Source of the DNA: Gammaproteobacteria bacterium
GTDB lineage: Bacteria; Pseudomonadota; Gammaproteobacteria; Acidiferrobacterales; UBA6901
Assembly: GCA_028068195.1 (NCBI GenBank)
Contig: JAPTTX010000008.1
Span: 80,047-144,046, forward strand
Length of the DNA: 64,000 nt
Direction of reading: 5' to 3'
Shown: in pieces, positions 29,513 through 40,897 of the stretch
How positions within the stretch are numbered: the stretch's first letter is position 1
Layout of the letters: every line of letters begins with the position of its first letter
Position numbers and translations under genes: made by a program
The notes under the pieces: generated by a model
Told to the model about the DNA's origin: nothing
Database searches by the model: none
What the model saw: only the letters and a program-made list of their open reading frames with translations

Positions 29513-30658
29513 ATGCGGGTATCGGTTGCAGAAAGCCTCGAGCAGGTCCGACCGGATGACTGGGATCGCCTGACTGGCGGCGACAATCCATTCCTCTGTC
29601 ATGCCTTCCTCTATGCGCTTGAGTATAGCGGATGCGCCTGCGCCGCCACCGGCTGGACGGCGCAGCACCTGTTGCTGCACGATTCCGACGACCGGCTGAT
29701 CGGCGCGGTACCGTTGTACCTCAAGAGCCACTCGTTCGGCGAATTCGTATTCGACTGGGCGTGGGCGGACGCATATGGCCGTGCCGGCCTGCGCTATTAC
29801 CCGAAACTCGTGGCCGCGGTCCCGTTCACGCCCGCTGCCGGCCCGCGCCTGCTCGTGGCTCCCGATGCAGATCCGGGCACGACCAGGAATCGCCTGATCG
29901 GCGCGGCACGCGACCTGGCCGACCAGCTGGGTGTTTCGTCGCTGCATTGGCTGTTTCCCGCGGACGCCGACATGGCAGCCCTGGAAGCCTGCGGCATGAT
30001 GCGAAGGACCGGCTACCAGTTCCACTGGCATAACCGCGGCTACCGGGATTTCGAGGAATTTCTAGCGGACTTCTCGTCCCAGAAGCGCAAGAAGATCCGG
30101 CGCGAGCGCCAGCAACTGCGCGAGGCGGGCATCGACACGGTGGTACTGACCGGCGATGATATCCGCCCGAAGCATTGGGAGCGGTTCTATGAATTCCACC
30201 TCGACACCATCCGCAAGTACGGGGGCGCGCCATTCCTGACACCGGAGTTCTTTCTGGCGCTCGCAGAAACCCTGCGCGATCGCGTTGTCATGGTCGTCGC
30301 CCGCAACGGCTCCGAGGATATTGCCGCAGCACTCAACTTCCGCAGCGCGGACACGCTGTACGGCCGCTACTGGGGGGGAATGCAGGACATTCCGGGCCTG
30401 CATTTCGAGACCTGCTATTACCGCGCCATCGAGTACTGCATCGCCGCCGGTATCGCACGGTTCGAGGGAGGCGCCCAGGGCGGCCACAAACAGGCGCGCG
30501 GCTTCCTTCCCAACAAGACGTATTCCGCCCACTGGCTCCGCCATCCGGAATTCGCACGTGCGGTGGCCGATTTCCTGGACCGCGAGGATGGCGCAATGGA
30601 ATCCCATCTCGATGAACTTCATGAACATTCACCGTTCAAAAAAAGGGATGGAATCTGA
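29513..30658 (+). CDS. GNAT/FemAB-like acyltransferase-fold protein (COG3146/DUF482 family)
   Basis: ..WDRLTGGDNPFLCHAFLYALEYSGC..GW...HLL.. and C-terminal ..FE.CYY.AIEYCI..G...FEGGAQGGHK..RGF.P..T.S.HW are characteristic of this conserved family. Start at MRVSVAESL (29513). Confidence 0.65.
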   Translation: MRVSVAESLEQVRPDDWDRLTGGDNPFLCHAFLYALEYSGCACAATGWTAQHLLLHDSDDRLIGAVPLYLKSHSFGEFVFDWAWADAYGRAGLRYYPKLVAAVPFTPAAGPRLLVAPDADPGTTRNRLIGAARDLADQLGVSSLHWLFPADADMAALEACGMMRRTGYQFHWHNRGYRDFEEFLADFSSQKRKKIRRERQQLREAGIDTVVLTGDDIRPKHWERFYEFHLDTIRKYGGAPFLTPEFFLALAETLRDRVVMVVARNGSEDIAAALNFRSADTLYGRYWGGMQDIPGLHFETCYYRAIEYCIAAGIARFEGGAQGGHKQARGFLPNKTYSAHWLRHPEFARAVADFLDREDGAMESHLDELHEHSPFKKRDGI

Positions 30659-30763
30659 CCGGAACGCGCCCGTGTGCGGCCCTGGGCACGGCGAGCTTGG
30701 GGTCCCGGGAGGATTGCCGGCTTCCGGCCACCCAACCGATCGGACTATGCCACCGCACCCGTC

Positions 30764-31477
30764 ATGCCGATATTGATGCCCTACGGATCCAAGATACGCT
30801 TCCCGCCGCCGGAGATGGCTTCGGCGGAGGGACTGCTGGCGGTCGGCGGCGATCTGGGAAGCGAGCGGCTGCTCGAAGCATACCGCTGCGGCATATTTCC
30901 CTGGTATAGCCCCGGGCAGCCGGTCCTGTGGTGGTCACCGGACCCCCGCATGGTGCTGTTCCCGCAGCAACTCAGGATTTCCCGCAGCCTCCGCAAGACG
31001 CTGAAAAGCGGGCGATTCCGTGTCACGCTGGACATGGCATTCCGGTCGGTAATCGAGCGCTGCGCAGAGCCGCGCCGCAACCAGCCTGGCGGCGGCACCT
31101 GGATCACATCCGAGATGCAGGATGCGTACTGCCGCCTGTACGCAGAAGGCCATGCTCATTCGGTGGAAACCTGGCTGGGCGAAGATCTCGTCGGGGGCCT
31201 GTACGGCGTATCGCTGGGCGGCGCGTTCTTCGGAGAATCCATGTTCAGCCGGACCACCGACGCATCCAAGGTTGCTCTGACGCATCTGGTGCGGCAGCTC
31301 GAGACCTGGAACTACAGTCTGATTGATTGCCAGGTCGCATCCGCACACCTCTCCAGCCTGGGCGCCGAAGAGATGCCCCGGTCACGCTTCCTGATGCTGC
31401 TCGCTGCTGCCCTCAGACTTCCAGGACGTCCCGGGGCCTGGACATCGGAACTCGGGACTCAGGCAGCAAGCCGATGA
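30764..31477 (+). CDS. aat: leucyl/phenylalanyl-tRNA--protein transferase
   Basis: ..[19 protein letters not shown]....L..AY..GIFPWY....[10 protein letters not shown]; ..W.T..M...Y..L...G.AHSVE.W....LVGG.YG...G..F.GESMF. Start at ATG 30764. Confidence 0.9.
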   Translation: MPILMPYGSKIRFPPPEMASAEGLLAVGGDLGSERLLEAYRCGIFPWYSPGQPVLWWSPDPRMVLFPQQLRISRSLRKTLKSGRFRVTLDMAFRSVIERCAEPRRNQPGGGTWITSEMQDAYCRLYAEGHAHSVETWLGEDLVGGLYGVSLGGAFFGESMFSRTTDASKVALTHLVRQLETWNYSLIDCQVASAHLSSLGAEEMPRSRFLMLLAAALRLPGRPGAWTSELGTQAASR

Positions 31478-32238
31478 CGGCTACCCAGAGCAAACCGAAT
31501 CTGTACCTGTCGATGCCGCATCCTTGCAGCTATCTGCCAGAGCGGAACAGCACGATCGTGTTCGTGGATCCGCACCAGGCGCTCGACGCCCGTAGCTACG
31601 CCGACTTTGTCCGACAGGGTTTCCGCCGCAGCGGCGAACTGGTATATCGGCCCTATTGCGAGGGCTGCGCAGCCTGCATTCCGGTACGCATTCCGGTGCA
31701 ACGTTTCCGCCCCTCGCGGGGCCAGAAGCGGGTCTGGAAGAGAAACGCCGACGTCCACGTGGCCATCCGGCCCGCCGGTTTCAGTTCCGAACATTTTTCG
31801 CTGTATCGCCGCTACCAGGCCGGCCGCCATCCCGGTTCCACCATGGACGATCCTGATCCAGAAAAATACATCGGGTTTCTGCGCAGCGCGCACATGGAAA
31901 CCGAATTCTGCGAGCTGCGCGTGGCCGGCCCGGCAGTTGACGCGGGCGCTGCGCCGCACCACCGGGTCGGTGATCTGCTGGGTGTTGCGGTGACCGATGT
32001 GCTGCCGGATGGACTTTCCGCTGTCTACACCTTTTACGATCCCGAAGCACGGGCACGCGCCCTGGGCGTCTACGCGATCCTGTGGCAGATCGCCGAGGCC
32101 CGGCGGCGCGGCCTGCCGTGGCTGTATCTGGGCTACTGGATCGCGCAAAGCCCGAAAATGGCCTACAAGACAAACTTTCAGCCCCTGGAAGCCCTGCGCG
32201 ACGGGCGCTGGGAGCCACTTGTCAACAGGCGTTCCTGA
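31474..32238 (+). CDS. bpt: arginyl-tRNA--protein transferase-like Bpt (aspartate/glutamate leucyltransferase family)
   Basis: ..PCSYLP.R........P......Y..L...GFRRSG...YRP.C..C..C.P.R; ..[10 protein letters not shown]......LG.Y.ILWQI......[10 protein letters not shown]......M.YK..F.P.E. ATG 31474 overlaps the aat stop (ATGA). Confidence 0.85.
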   Translation: MTATQSKPNLYLSMPHPCSYLPERNSTIVFVDPHQALDARSYADFVRQGFRRSGELVYRPYCEGCAACIPVRIPVQRFRPSRGQKRVWKRNADVHVAIRPAGFSSEHFSLYRRYQAGRHPGSTMDDPDPEKYIGFLRSAHMETEFCELRVAGPAVDAGAAPHHRVGDLLGVAVTDVLPDGLSAVYTFYDPEARARALGVYAILWQIAEARRRGLPWLYLGYWIAQSPKMAYKTNFQPLEALRDGRWEPLVNRRS

Positions 32239-32280
32239 TGCGGCCACCCGGACCGTATCACCGGCGGCGCCGCGGACCAG

Positions 32281-32300
32281 GCCCGGATTTCGGTCCGGGC
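32281..32300 (+). terminator. possible hairpin terminator after bpt
   Basis: gcccgga-tttcgg-tccgggc (7-bp stem) lies 43 nt after the bpt stop, followed by a T-containing but not T-rich tract. Confidence 0.25.
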
Positions 32301-32458
32301 TGCGTTATGGTCATCGTGCGGTCATCATCCCGCGATAATTTGTGCCGGCACCGACGGGATCGATGGGCCGCGCCACCGGGCCGGCGATTGGAGGCAAGCC
32401 AGAGCACTCCCAGGCAGCAGTGTCCTGCGGATTGCTCCTTCCCCTGGGGACTACAGCC

Positions 32459-32704
32459 ATGCTCAGTTTTCTCTTCCGCCTGTTCCGCGACTTCCGTGCG
32501 GATCACGGATTCCATCCCAATACGCTGTATATAAACGACTTTCATTACCGCAAATTGCGAGAAAGCGTTTCAAGCCTGACGAGCGACGCCGAGCTGGCCC
32601 GTTTTCTTGCTGTCGATATCATGCTCAGCGAAGAGGCGATTCACCCGCATGTCGCTTGGTTGGTCCCGGCTCATCGCCAGCGCGCCGGCAGCAGATTCGG
32701 CTGA
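32459..32704 (+). CDS. hypothetical small protein (81 aa)
   Basis: ATG 32459 is preceded by GGGGA 8 nt upstream. The sequence MLSFLFRLFRDFRADHGFHPNTLYINDFHYRKL.. is protein-like, but no family was recognised. Confidence 0.35.
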   Translation: MLSFLFRLFRDFRADHGFHPNTLYINDFHYRKLRESVSSLTSDAELARFLAVDIMLSEEAIHPHVAWLVPAHRQRAGSRFG

Positions 32705-32850
32705 TAACAGCCGCCTGCCTCCGGACCGCCTGCGTGCCCCTCCACACCGAATCCTAAACTGCGCCTTTACGCCCTTCCGCGAGTGGGGCATCATACGGCG
32801 CCAGCAGAGGGGGTGACGACCCCGTTCCGAATTCAACCGTGAGGTCAGGC

Positions 32851-33069
32851 GTGGCAAGAGAAGAAAGCATTGAAATGGAAGGGACGATCATCGAGACCCT
32901 GCCGAACACCCTGTTCCGGGTCCAGCTCGAGAACGGTCATGTGGTCACCGCCCACATTTCCGGAAAGATGCGCAAGAACTACATCCGCATCCTGACGGGC
33001 GACAAGGTCACGGTGCAGCTCACCCCTTACGACCTCTCCAAGGGCCGCATCACGTTCCGCGCGCGCTGA
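32851..33069 (+). CDS. infA: translation initiation factor IF-1
   Basis: (V)[71 protein letters not shown] is near-identical to E. coli IF1. GTG start at 32851 with GAGG upstream (the ORF track starts at 32839). Confidence 0.97.
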   Translation: MAREESIEMEGTIIETLPNTLFRVQLENGHVVTAHISGKMRKNYIRILTGDKVTVQLTPYDLSKGRITFRAR

Positions 33070-33105
33070 CAGTTCTGCCGACTGCCGCACCATCGGCGCG
33101 CAGGT

Positions 33106-33450
33106 TCAGCTCCAGCATCGTTCACCCACAAGCAGCGCTTCAGGCATCATGGCCTTGATGGCTGCCGCAATCTCCAGAATTACCCCCGGCCTGGGGCGCA
33201 CCGATATCCATAGCAGATTGAGCCGCATGTTGAGTTCCGCAAATACCACTTCCGCATACCGGCCCAGCACTGCCTGGATGCGGCCGAGGATCTCGGCGAG
33301 CTGATGCGCCGGTCGGTTGCGCAGGCCGGGAAACAGGACCATGAAATCACTCAGACGCTGACCGTGCTCGTCGCGTGTCGGCACGCGCTCGTACAGCGGG
33401 CGACTCGATTCAAGAGTCGGCGCTGACTGCGACACGATGATGGGCTTCAT
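33106..33450 (-). CDS. hypothetical protein (114 aa)
   Basis: ORF with a plausible start and protein-like composition. No motif recognised. Confidence 0.4.
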   Translation of the reverse strand: MKPIIVSQSAPTLESSRPLYERVPTRDEHGQRLSDFMVLFPGLRNRPAHQLAEILGRIQAVLGRYAEVVFAELNMRLNLLWISVRPRPGVILEIAAAIKAMMPEALLVGERCWS

Positions 33451-33547
33451 GCCGTTACCCTAAGCCAGGCTGCCGTCCCTGGCAAGCCGTGCCCGCCGTC
33501 CGGCTCGGACCGGAAAGCTCCGCAGGACCGCGGTGGGATCCCTGCGG

Positions 33548-33976
33548 CTAAGGCTTCACCAGCGTGTAGCCGCGATGCACCAGCTTCACGATCTGGACAA
33601 TCCCTGCCGGAACCGGAGTCGCATACGGATCCAGTTTCGGCCGATAGCCGAGCTGCTTGGTCATGGCTGCCAGAGTATTCTCGCAGGCATCGAAGTGGAC
33701 CCCCGATGCAGAAAGACTCTGGATGCGGATAAGGTTCGGGTTCTTTGCGAACAGCAGCTTCAGGCCGGGTCCAAATGCGACGACGTGGATCTTCACATTG
33801 TCGAGACCATAGGCATTGATGAGGTTATTGGCAACGTTGAGCACCAGAGTCTGCGTCGCAGGCTTCGCGTTGCTGATCTGCAGCACAACCTTTGTCACGG
33901 CCGCCTGCGCCGCGGGAATTGCGCCCAGCAAGGTCACAAAAGTCAGCATGGCCAGTGCAATCGCATGTTTACGCAT
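33548..33976 (-). CDS. DsrE/DsrF-like family protein (COG1416-type), with signal peptide
   Basis: Signal peptide MRKHAIALAMLTFVTLLGAIPAAQA; then ..KVVLQISN.......L.N..N.........V.VVAFGPG...L........I.......GV.F.AC.NT..... typical of the small DsrE-like fold. AGGAGA SD 8 nt upstream. Confidence 0.6.
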   Translation of the reverse strand: MRKHAIALAMLTFVTLLGAIPAAQAAVTKVVLQISNAKPATQTLVLNVANNLINAYGLDNVKIHVVAFGPGLKLLFAKNPNLIRIQSLSASGVHFDACENTLAAMTKQLGYRPKLDPYATPVPAGIVQIVKLVHRGYTLVKP

Positions 33977-34367
33977 GGGTTCTGTCTCCTATCGAGATAA
34001 ATCAAGTGATGATGGAACTGTGACCGTGGCTCTTAATGCCTGGTGATCGCCACTCGGGACCCCGGTACCCGGGAACGGGTACAACTCAAAAGGGCATCGA
34101 CATGATGTAAGACGCTGCAACCCGCCCGTTTATTCTGCAGGACGCAGTCGGGGCCGCCTCCGCCGGGCCGGGATCCCGCGCACACTGAACCCCGCCCCGA
34201 TCCGGGCGCTATCACCAGTACCGGAGACCGGCCGCACGGGCCACGATAAGCTCTTGTTCCCGTGTGGAATTCCTTGATCAGCGGAGCCGGGTACGAAGCA
34301 GACCCTGCGCAACCCGGGCAGGTTTTTCCCCGCTCCGGGCTGCGCAAGCGCAAACTGGCGACGGCCG

Positions 34368-36605
34368 TCAGAACCCGAAGGCGAGCTCCCCGTCCTTGAC
34401 GCTCACCTGCACATGCCCGCCTCCTGCGAGCTTGCCGAACAGGAGCTCGTCGGCAAGGGGCTTCTTTACCTTCTCGCGGATCAGGCGCGCCATGGGCCTT
34501 GCACCCATTGCCGCGTCGTAACCATGCTCCGCCAGCCAGGCCCGGGCGCGCTCATCGAATTCCACGGTGACACTGCGCTCTTCCAGCTGGGCCTCCAGCT
34601 CCAGGATGAACTTGTCCACTACATGTGCGATCGTGCCCTTGTCCAGCGCCCGGAACGGAATGACTGCGTCCAGCCGGTTGCGGAACTCAGGGCTAAACAT
34701 CCGCTTGATCGCCTCGACGTCGTCGCCGCTGTGATCCTGGTGGCGGAACCCCATGGACGAACGGCCCATGGACTCGGCGCCCGCATTGGTCGTCATGACG
34801 ATGATAATGTTACGAAAATCCGCCTTGCGCCCGTTGTTGTCCGTCAGGGTCCCGTGATCCATCACCTGCAGCAGCAGGTTGAACACGTCCTGATGGGCCT
34901 TCTCGACCTCATCGAGCAGCAGCACTGCGTGCGGATGCTTTGTCACCGCGTCGGTCAGAAGCCCGCCCTGGTCGAAACCGACATAGCCCGGCGGCGCGCC
35001 GATCAGGCGCGATACCGTATGCCGTTCCATGTATTCGGACATGTCAAACCGGATCAGCTCCAGTCCCAGCACTTTCGCGAGCTGGCGCGTGACTTCGGTC
35101 TTGCCTACCCCAGTCGGCCCGGAAAACAGGTACGAGCCAATCGGCTTCTCCGGCTGACCCAGACCGGACCGCGCCATTTTGATGGAGGTCGCCAGGGCGT
35201 CGATCGCCTGGTCCTGGCCGAACACGACCAGCTTCAGGTCCCGCTCCAGGGTGCGCAGCGCCTTGATGTCCGACGAAGACACGCTCTTGGGTGGAATGCG
35301 GGCGATCTTGGCGACGATATCCTCGATATCCCCCACCCCGATGGTCTTTTTGCGCTTGCCCGGCGCCTGAAGATGGACGCTCGCCCCCGCTTCGTCGATC
35401 ACGTCGATCGCCTTGTCCGGCAGGTGCCGGTCATTGATGAAGCGCGCCGACAGCTCGGCAGCCATGCGCAGCGCCTGGCTGGTGTAACGTACGCCGTGGT
35501 GCTGCTCGAAGCGAGCCTTGAGTCCCTGCAGTATCTGCACCGTCTCCTCGACGCTCGGCTCGGTCACGTCAATCTTCTGGAATCGCCGCGACAGCGCCCG
35601 GTCCTTCTCGAAGATGCCGCGGTACTCCTGGTAGGTCGTGGAGCCGATGCACTTCAGGTCGCCCGAGGACAGCACGGGCTTGAGCAGGTTGGAAGCGTCC
35701 ATGGCGCCACCTGAGGCAGCTCCCGCCCCGATGATGGTGTGGATCTCGTCGATGAACAGCACTGCGTGTTCCTGCTTCTTGAGATGGTGCAGCACGGCCT
35801 TCAGCCGCTTCTCAAAGTCGCCGCGATACTTCGTTCCTGCCAGCAGCGCCCCCATGTCGAGCGCGTAGATCGTGTTCTTCGACAGCACCTCCGGCACTTC
35901 GCCGTCGACGATCTTTTTCGCCAGCCCCTCGGCGATCGCGGTCTTGCCGACGCCGGCCTCGCCGACATACAGCGGGTTGTTCTTGCGGCGGCGGCACAGG
36001 ATCTGGATTGTGCGCTGCAGTTCGGGCTCGCGGCCGATGAGCGGATCGATCTTTCCGGCGCGCGCTCGCTCGTTCAGATTGACCGTAAAAATGTCGAGCG
36101 GGCTACGCTCGGGCGCGCCGCTGCCGTCCTCGCTCTCTTCGGGAGCCGGCAACTCGGGCTGGCTCTCTCCGGGGACCTTCGAGATTCCGTGGGAAATGAA
36201 ATTCACCACGTCGAAGCGGCTGATGTTCTGCTTGTGCAGAAAATACACCGCATGCGAATCCTTCTCGCCGAAAATCGCAACGAGCACGTTCGCGCCGGTA
36301 ACCTCCTTCTTGCCGACGCCCTGGACATGCAGCACCGCCCGCTGGATCACGCGCTGGAAGCCGAGTGTCGGCTGGGTGTCGTTTTCGCTGCCGGCCGGAA
36401 TGCTGGGAACACTCTCGCTCAGAAAGGTCTTGAGATTCTTGCGAAGCTCGTCGATGTTGCCACCGCAGGCGCGCAGCACGCGTGCCGCGCTGGGATTGTC
36501 CAACAGCGCAGCAAGCAGATGCTCGACTGTGATGTATTCATGGCGCTTCTCGCGTGCGTCCTGAAACGCCGCATTCAGCGAGAACTCCAGTTCCTGAGAC
36601 AACAT
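34368..36605 (-). CDS. clpA: ATP-dependent Clp protease ATP-binding subunit ClpA
   Basis: [35 protein letters not shown]; two AAA+ modules ([18 protein letters not shown]); no middle domain. About 745 aa from ATG 36605. Directly downstream of clpS. Confidence 0.97.
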   Translation of the reverse strand: MLSQELEFSLNAAFQDAREKRHEYITVEHLLAALLDNPSAARVLRACGGNIDELRKNLKTFLSESVPSIPAGSENDTQPTLGFQRVIQRAVLHVQGVGKKEVTGANVLVAIFGEKDSHAVYFLHKQNISRFDVVNFISHGISKVPGESQPELPAPEESEDGSGAPERSPLDIFTVNLNERARAGKIDPLIGREPELQRTIQILCRRRKNNPLYVGEAGVGKTAIAEGLAKKIVDGEVPEVLSKNTIYALDMGALLAGTKYRGDFEKRLKAVLHHLKKQEHAVLFIDEIHTIIGAGAASGGAMDASNLLKPVLSSGDLKCIGSTTYQEYRGIFEKDRALSRRFQKIDVTEPSVEETVQILQGLKARFEQHHGVRYTSQALRMAAELSARFINDRHLPDKAIDVIDEAGASVHLQAPGKRKKTIGVGDIEDIVAKIARIPPKSVSSSDIKALRTLERDLKLVVFGQDQAIDALATSIKMARSGLGQPEKPIGSYLFSGPTGVGKTEVTRQLAKVLGLELIRFDMSEYMERHTVSRLIGAPPGYVGFDQGGLLTDAVTKHPHAVLLLDEVEKAHQDVFNLLLQVMDHGTLTDNNGRKADFRNIIIVMTTNAGAESMGRSSMGFRHQDHSGDDVEAIKRMFSPEFRNRLDAVIPFRALDKGTIAHVVDKFILELEAQLEERSVTVEFDERARAWLAEHGYDAAMGARPMARLIREKVKKPLADELLFGKLAGGGHVQVSVKDGELAFGF

Positions 36606-36654
36606 CTGGCTACCCTCCCGGAAACGCTTCCGGCGCAATCTCTTTCTAGAGGCC

Positions 36655-36972
36655 CTACTCCGGCTCCATCGTACACTGCAGCGGATGCTGGTTGTCCGCC
36701 GAAAACACCATCACCTGACGCACCTTGGTTTCAGCCACCTCGCGCGTATAGAGGCCACATATACCGATTCCCTTCTGGTGCACATGCAGCATGATGCGCG
36801 TTGCCTCTTCACGGCTCTTGTGGAAGAAACGCTCCAGCACCACAATCACGAACTCCATGGGCGTATAATCGTCATTCAGAAGGATAACTTTATAGAGCTG
36901 CGGCCTCTTCAGCTGCGGCTTGGCCTCCTGAACAACGAGACCATCAGTATATTGCAGCTGTTTGTCGCTCAT
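36655..36972 (-). CDS. clpS: ATP-dependent Clp protease adaptor ClpS
   Basis: ..[28 protein letters not shown]....A..IML.VH..G....G.Y..EVAETK is the canonical ClpS core. Confidence 0.95.
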   Translation of the reverse strand: MSDKQLQYTDGLVVQEAKPQLKRPQLYKVILLNDDYTPMEFVIVVLERFFHKSREEATRIMLHVHQKGIGICGLYTREVAETKVRQVMVFSADNQHPLQCTMEPE

Positions 36973-37338
36973 AACCCTTCATTACTCAAAGATTAGACCA
37001 TGGCTGTGAAGTATCTACATTTTGGGACCGCCACCCAAAAATTCAAGACTTTTCAGATATAGTGGCGCGTCCGGCGGGGCGCTCACCCGCACTCTGTCTG
37101 CCGCCTGACATCATCCGCCGCCCTCCCCCTGCCCCCAGGCGTCCAGCCAGGCCTAGCCATGCGGTATTCTTGACTTGGACAAAAAAAGCGGGAAGATGGC
37201 ATTGATGCGGGCTTGATTTTACTCGGAAAAGCGTTCCCGGGCACACCGGCGCGATTCCAGTCCAGGGAACGCATCTCGTATGGGCAATAAGAATGGGGCC
37301 GCGGTATTCAGCTCCGTTGAGAACTAGGGGGATGTGGT

Positions 37339-37545
37339 ATGGCAACAGGCACTGTAAAGTGGTTTAACGCCAGCAAGGGGTACGGCTTCATTTCGCCCAC
37401 CAATGGCGGTGACGATGTGTTCGCTCATTTCTCGGCAATTGAAATGGACGGATACAAGACCCTCAAAGAAGGGCAACAGGTCCAATTTGAAATCCAGGAA
37501 GGACCCAAAGGTCCGCAGGCAACCAATATTCGTGCATTATCCTAG
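37339..37545 (+). CDS. cold-shock protein (CspA family)
   Basis: [58 protein letters not shown], with RNP1 (KGYGFI) and RNP2 (VFAHF) motifs. Confidence 0.95.
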   Translation: MATGTVKWFNASKGYGFISPTNGGDDVFAHFSAIEMDGYKTLKEGQQVQFEIQEGPKGPQATNIRALS

Positions 37546-37590
37546 CAGCCAGCACGATCCTGGTCCTGCAGAAGTCTGCATCATCCCTGA

Positions 37591-37618
37591 GCCCGGCTCC
37601 TGCCGGGTTTTCTTTTTT
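37591..37618 (+). terminator. rho-independent terminator after csp
   Basis: gcccggc-tcct-gccgggt stem-loop immediately followed by tttcttttttcc, 46 nt after the csp stop. Confidence 0.7.
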
Positions 37619-37735
37619 CCGGGCCCGAAACGTCGGGCTGGCTGTACAGTCCATGGAGACGAGATCGGCCCGAAGGGATTGCCGGAAACGTCGGATGGAG
37701 CGCAATATATACCGGTGCAGACAGGAGGACAGCGG

Positions 37736-37963
37736 ATGATGGACACCAGAAAGCTGAATGACGGACGCATCATTCTCGAACTGGACAAGGCGGAACTGGA
37801 CCCCTTGGCGCGGCCGATCCTCGCGCACGCCGAGGACATGCATAGCATCCTGCTGGATCTGGCCGACATACTGCGAAGCGCCGGCTACGGCATGCGCGAC
37901 CGGTTTCGGCAGCCGCCCCATCCCTGGGACGCGGGCGCTCAGCACCCCAGCATTGAGAAGTGA
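37736..37963 (+). CDS. hypothetical small acidic protein (75 aa), paralogue A
   Basis: Strong SD AGGAGG (37723-37728) 7 nt before ATG 37736. Sequence MMDTRKLNDGRIILELDKAELDPLARPIL...LLDLADILRSAGY... Confidence 0.5.
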   Translation: MMDTRKLNDGRIILELDKAELDPLARPILAHAEDMHSILLDLADILRSAGYGMRDRFRQPPHPWDAGAQHPSIEK

Positions 37964-37973
37964 GGTGCCACCC

Positions 37974-38180
37974 ATGAACATCGAAAGCCAGACCACCGAT
38001 TCCCTGAGCGTGATCCTGGAGCCTGGAGAAGCGCAGCTCCTGGTCCAAGCGCTCACCGAGCAGTCGGCGCTGCTTGGTGAGTCCGGAGGCAAGCTGCTCA
38101 AGCTGCTCGTGGACGCCGGAATACGCCCGCCCGAATCATCAGGGCACGTCCGCACCGAGTACATGCCCCCGCTGAAGTAA
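37974..38180 (+). CDS. hypothetical small acidic protein (68 aa), paralogue B
   Basis: GAGGTG SD before ATG 37974, 10 nt after the previous stop. Sequence ..DSLSVILEPGEAQLLVQAL...LLKLLVDAGI.. is collinear with paralogue A. Confidence 0.5.
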   Translation: MNIESQTTDSLSVILEPGEAQLLVQALTEQSALLGESGGKLLKLLVDAGIRPPESSGHVRTEYMPPLK

Positions 38181-38190
38181 TGGTCCTCGG

Positions 38191-39468
<1,278 letters not shown>

Positions 39469-39649
39469 GAGCAGGGTTCTCTTACGGTCGGTACGGGTTT
39501 GTTTGATGCCGCAAAGATACGGAAAGGGGTCGTAGTATACCGGGAAACGGGCAACATGAGACCCCGCGAGGAAGATCGGTTCCCCGAAGCACGGCCCCGG
39601 CCGGGGCACGTCCTCGACGTCCCGGCCGGTCAGGGCCGGGCTTCACGCA

Positions 39650-40897
39650 TCAGGGCGCGGTGCGACCGGATGCCGGCGCCGCATGGCGCCTGGCCGGAGG
39701 CTGGATGGATCCGGCCACGACGAACCACACGGCCGCCAGAATCGCGCCGGCGAAAAAGACCGCGGGCCGCCCGAGATGCTGCGCCAGCAGGCCGCTCACC
39801 AATCCACCGGCGAAAATCCCGAGGGACTGCCCTGTGCTGTAGACGCCCAGAGCAAGCCCCTTGCGCGCCGGTGGCGCCGTACGCGAGACCAGCGAGGGAA
39901 GCAGCGCTTCCATCACGTTGAAGCCGATAAAAAAGAAGAACAGCGCGGCGATGAGCCCGACCGGATGATCATAGGCTACCGCCATGCCCAGCATGCTCAG
40001 CGCGAGCAGGGCAACCGCCCCCAGAAAGACCGGCTTCATGTGGCCATGCCGCTCCGCCCAGATGATGCCCGGAACCGCCAGCACGAAGGAGAGCACCGTG
40101 ACGGGGAGGTAGACCATCCAGTGGTCCCGCAGCGGAATGCCGGCATGCCGGATCAGGGCTACGGGCACCACCACGAACAGGCCGACCTGCAGGAAATTGA
40201 CCACGAAGATTGAAAAATCGAGGCGCAGCAGCGGTGCCGTGAACACGTCACGCGCCCAGTGCCCCTGGGTTTCCTCCGCATGGATCGTCATTGGCACATC
40301 GGGCACGATCCAGATGACAACCGCAATCGCCAGCAGGGCCAGCACCCCGGTGAGAACGAAGATGCCCGGAACGCCGATGACGTGGTCGAGCGCCGGGCCT
40401 GCAACCAGCGCGATGATGAAGCTCATTCCTATGGTTATGCCGACCAGAGCCATCGCCTTCGTGCGGTTATGCTCACGGGTGGAGTCGGCGATCAGGGCCG
40501 AGATCGCCGCGGAGATCGCCCCCATACCCTGCAGGACGCGTCCGGCAATGATGATGTACAGATTGCCGGTTGCTCCCGCCAGAAACGACCCGGCGGCAAA
40601 CAGCAGGAGTCCGAACACGATCACCGGCTTGCGGCCGAAGCGATCGCTGGCCGCGCCCAACGGAATCTGCATGATTGCCTGGCCCAGACCATAGATCCCC
40701 AGGGCAACGCCGACCAGGGTCGTGCTGGCGTTCGGCAGGTGACGCGCATAGACCACGAACACCGGCAGAATGAGAAACAACCCGAGCATGCGCAATCCGT
40801 AGATCGACGCGAGCGTCAGGCTTGAACGCCGCTCGAGCGCCGACATGGCGACCGGATCGGTCGGATTCGAATCAGCAGTGGAGTGTGAGTTAGGCAT
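39650..40897 (-). CDS. MFS transporter (YajR-like)
   Basis: 12-helix hydrophobicity pattern. ..LRMLGLFLILPVF..Y........L.G.A.GIYGL.QA..QIP.G..SDR.GRKP.I..GL..FA.GS is collinear with E. coli YajR, including ..L.ADSTREHNRTKAMA... No C-terminal YAM domain. Confidence 0.8.
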   Translation of the reverse strand: MPNSHSTADSNPTDPVAMSALERRSSLTLASIYGLRMLGLFLILPVFVVYARHLPNASTTLVGVALGIYGLGQAIMQIPLGAASDRFGRKPVIVFGLLLFAAGSFLAGATGNLYIIIAGRVLQGMGAISAAISALIADSTREHNRTKAMALVGITIGMSFIIALVAGPALDHVIGVPGIFVLTGVLALLAIAVVIWIVPDVPMTIHAEETQGHWARDVFTAPLLRLDFSIFVVNFLQVGLFVVVPVALIRHAGIPLRDHWMVYLPVTVLSFVLAVPGIIWAERHGHMKPVFLGAVALLALSMLGMAVAYDHPVGLIAALFFFFIGFNVMEALLPSLVSRTAPPARKGLALGVYSTGQSLGIFAGGLVSGLLAQHLGRPAVFFAGAILAAVWFVVAGSIQPPARRHAAPASGRTAP

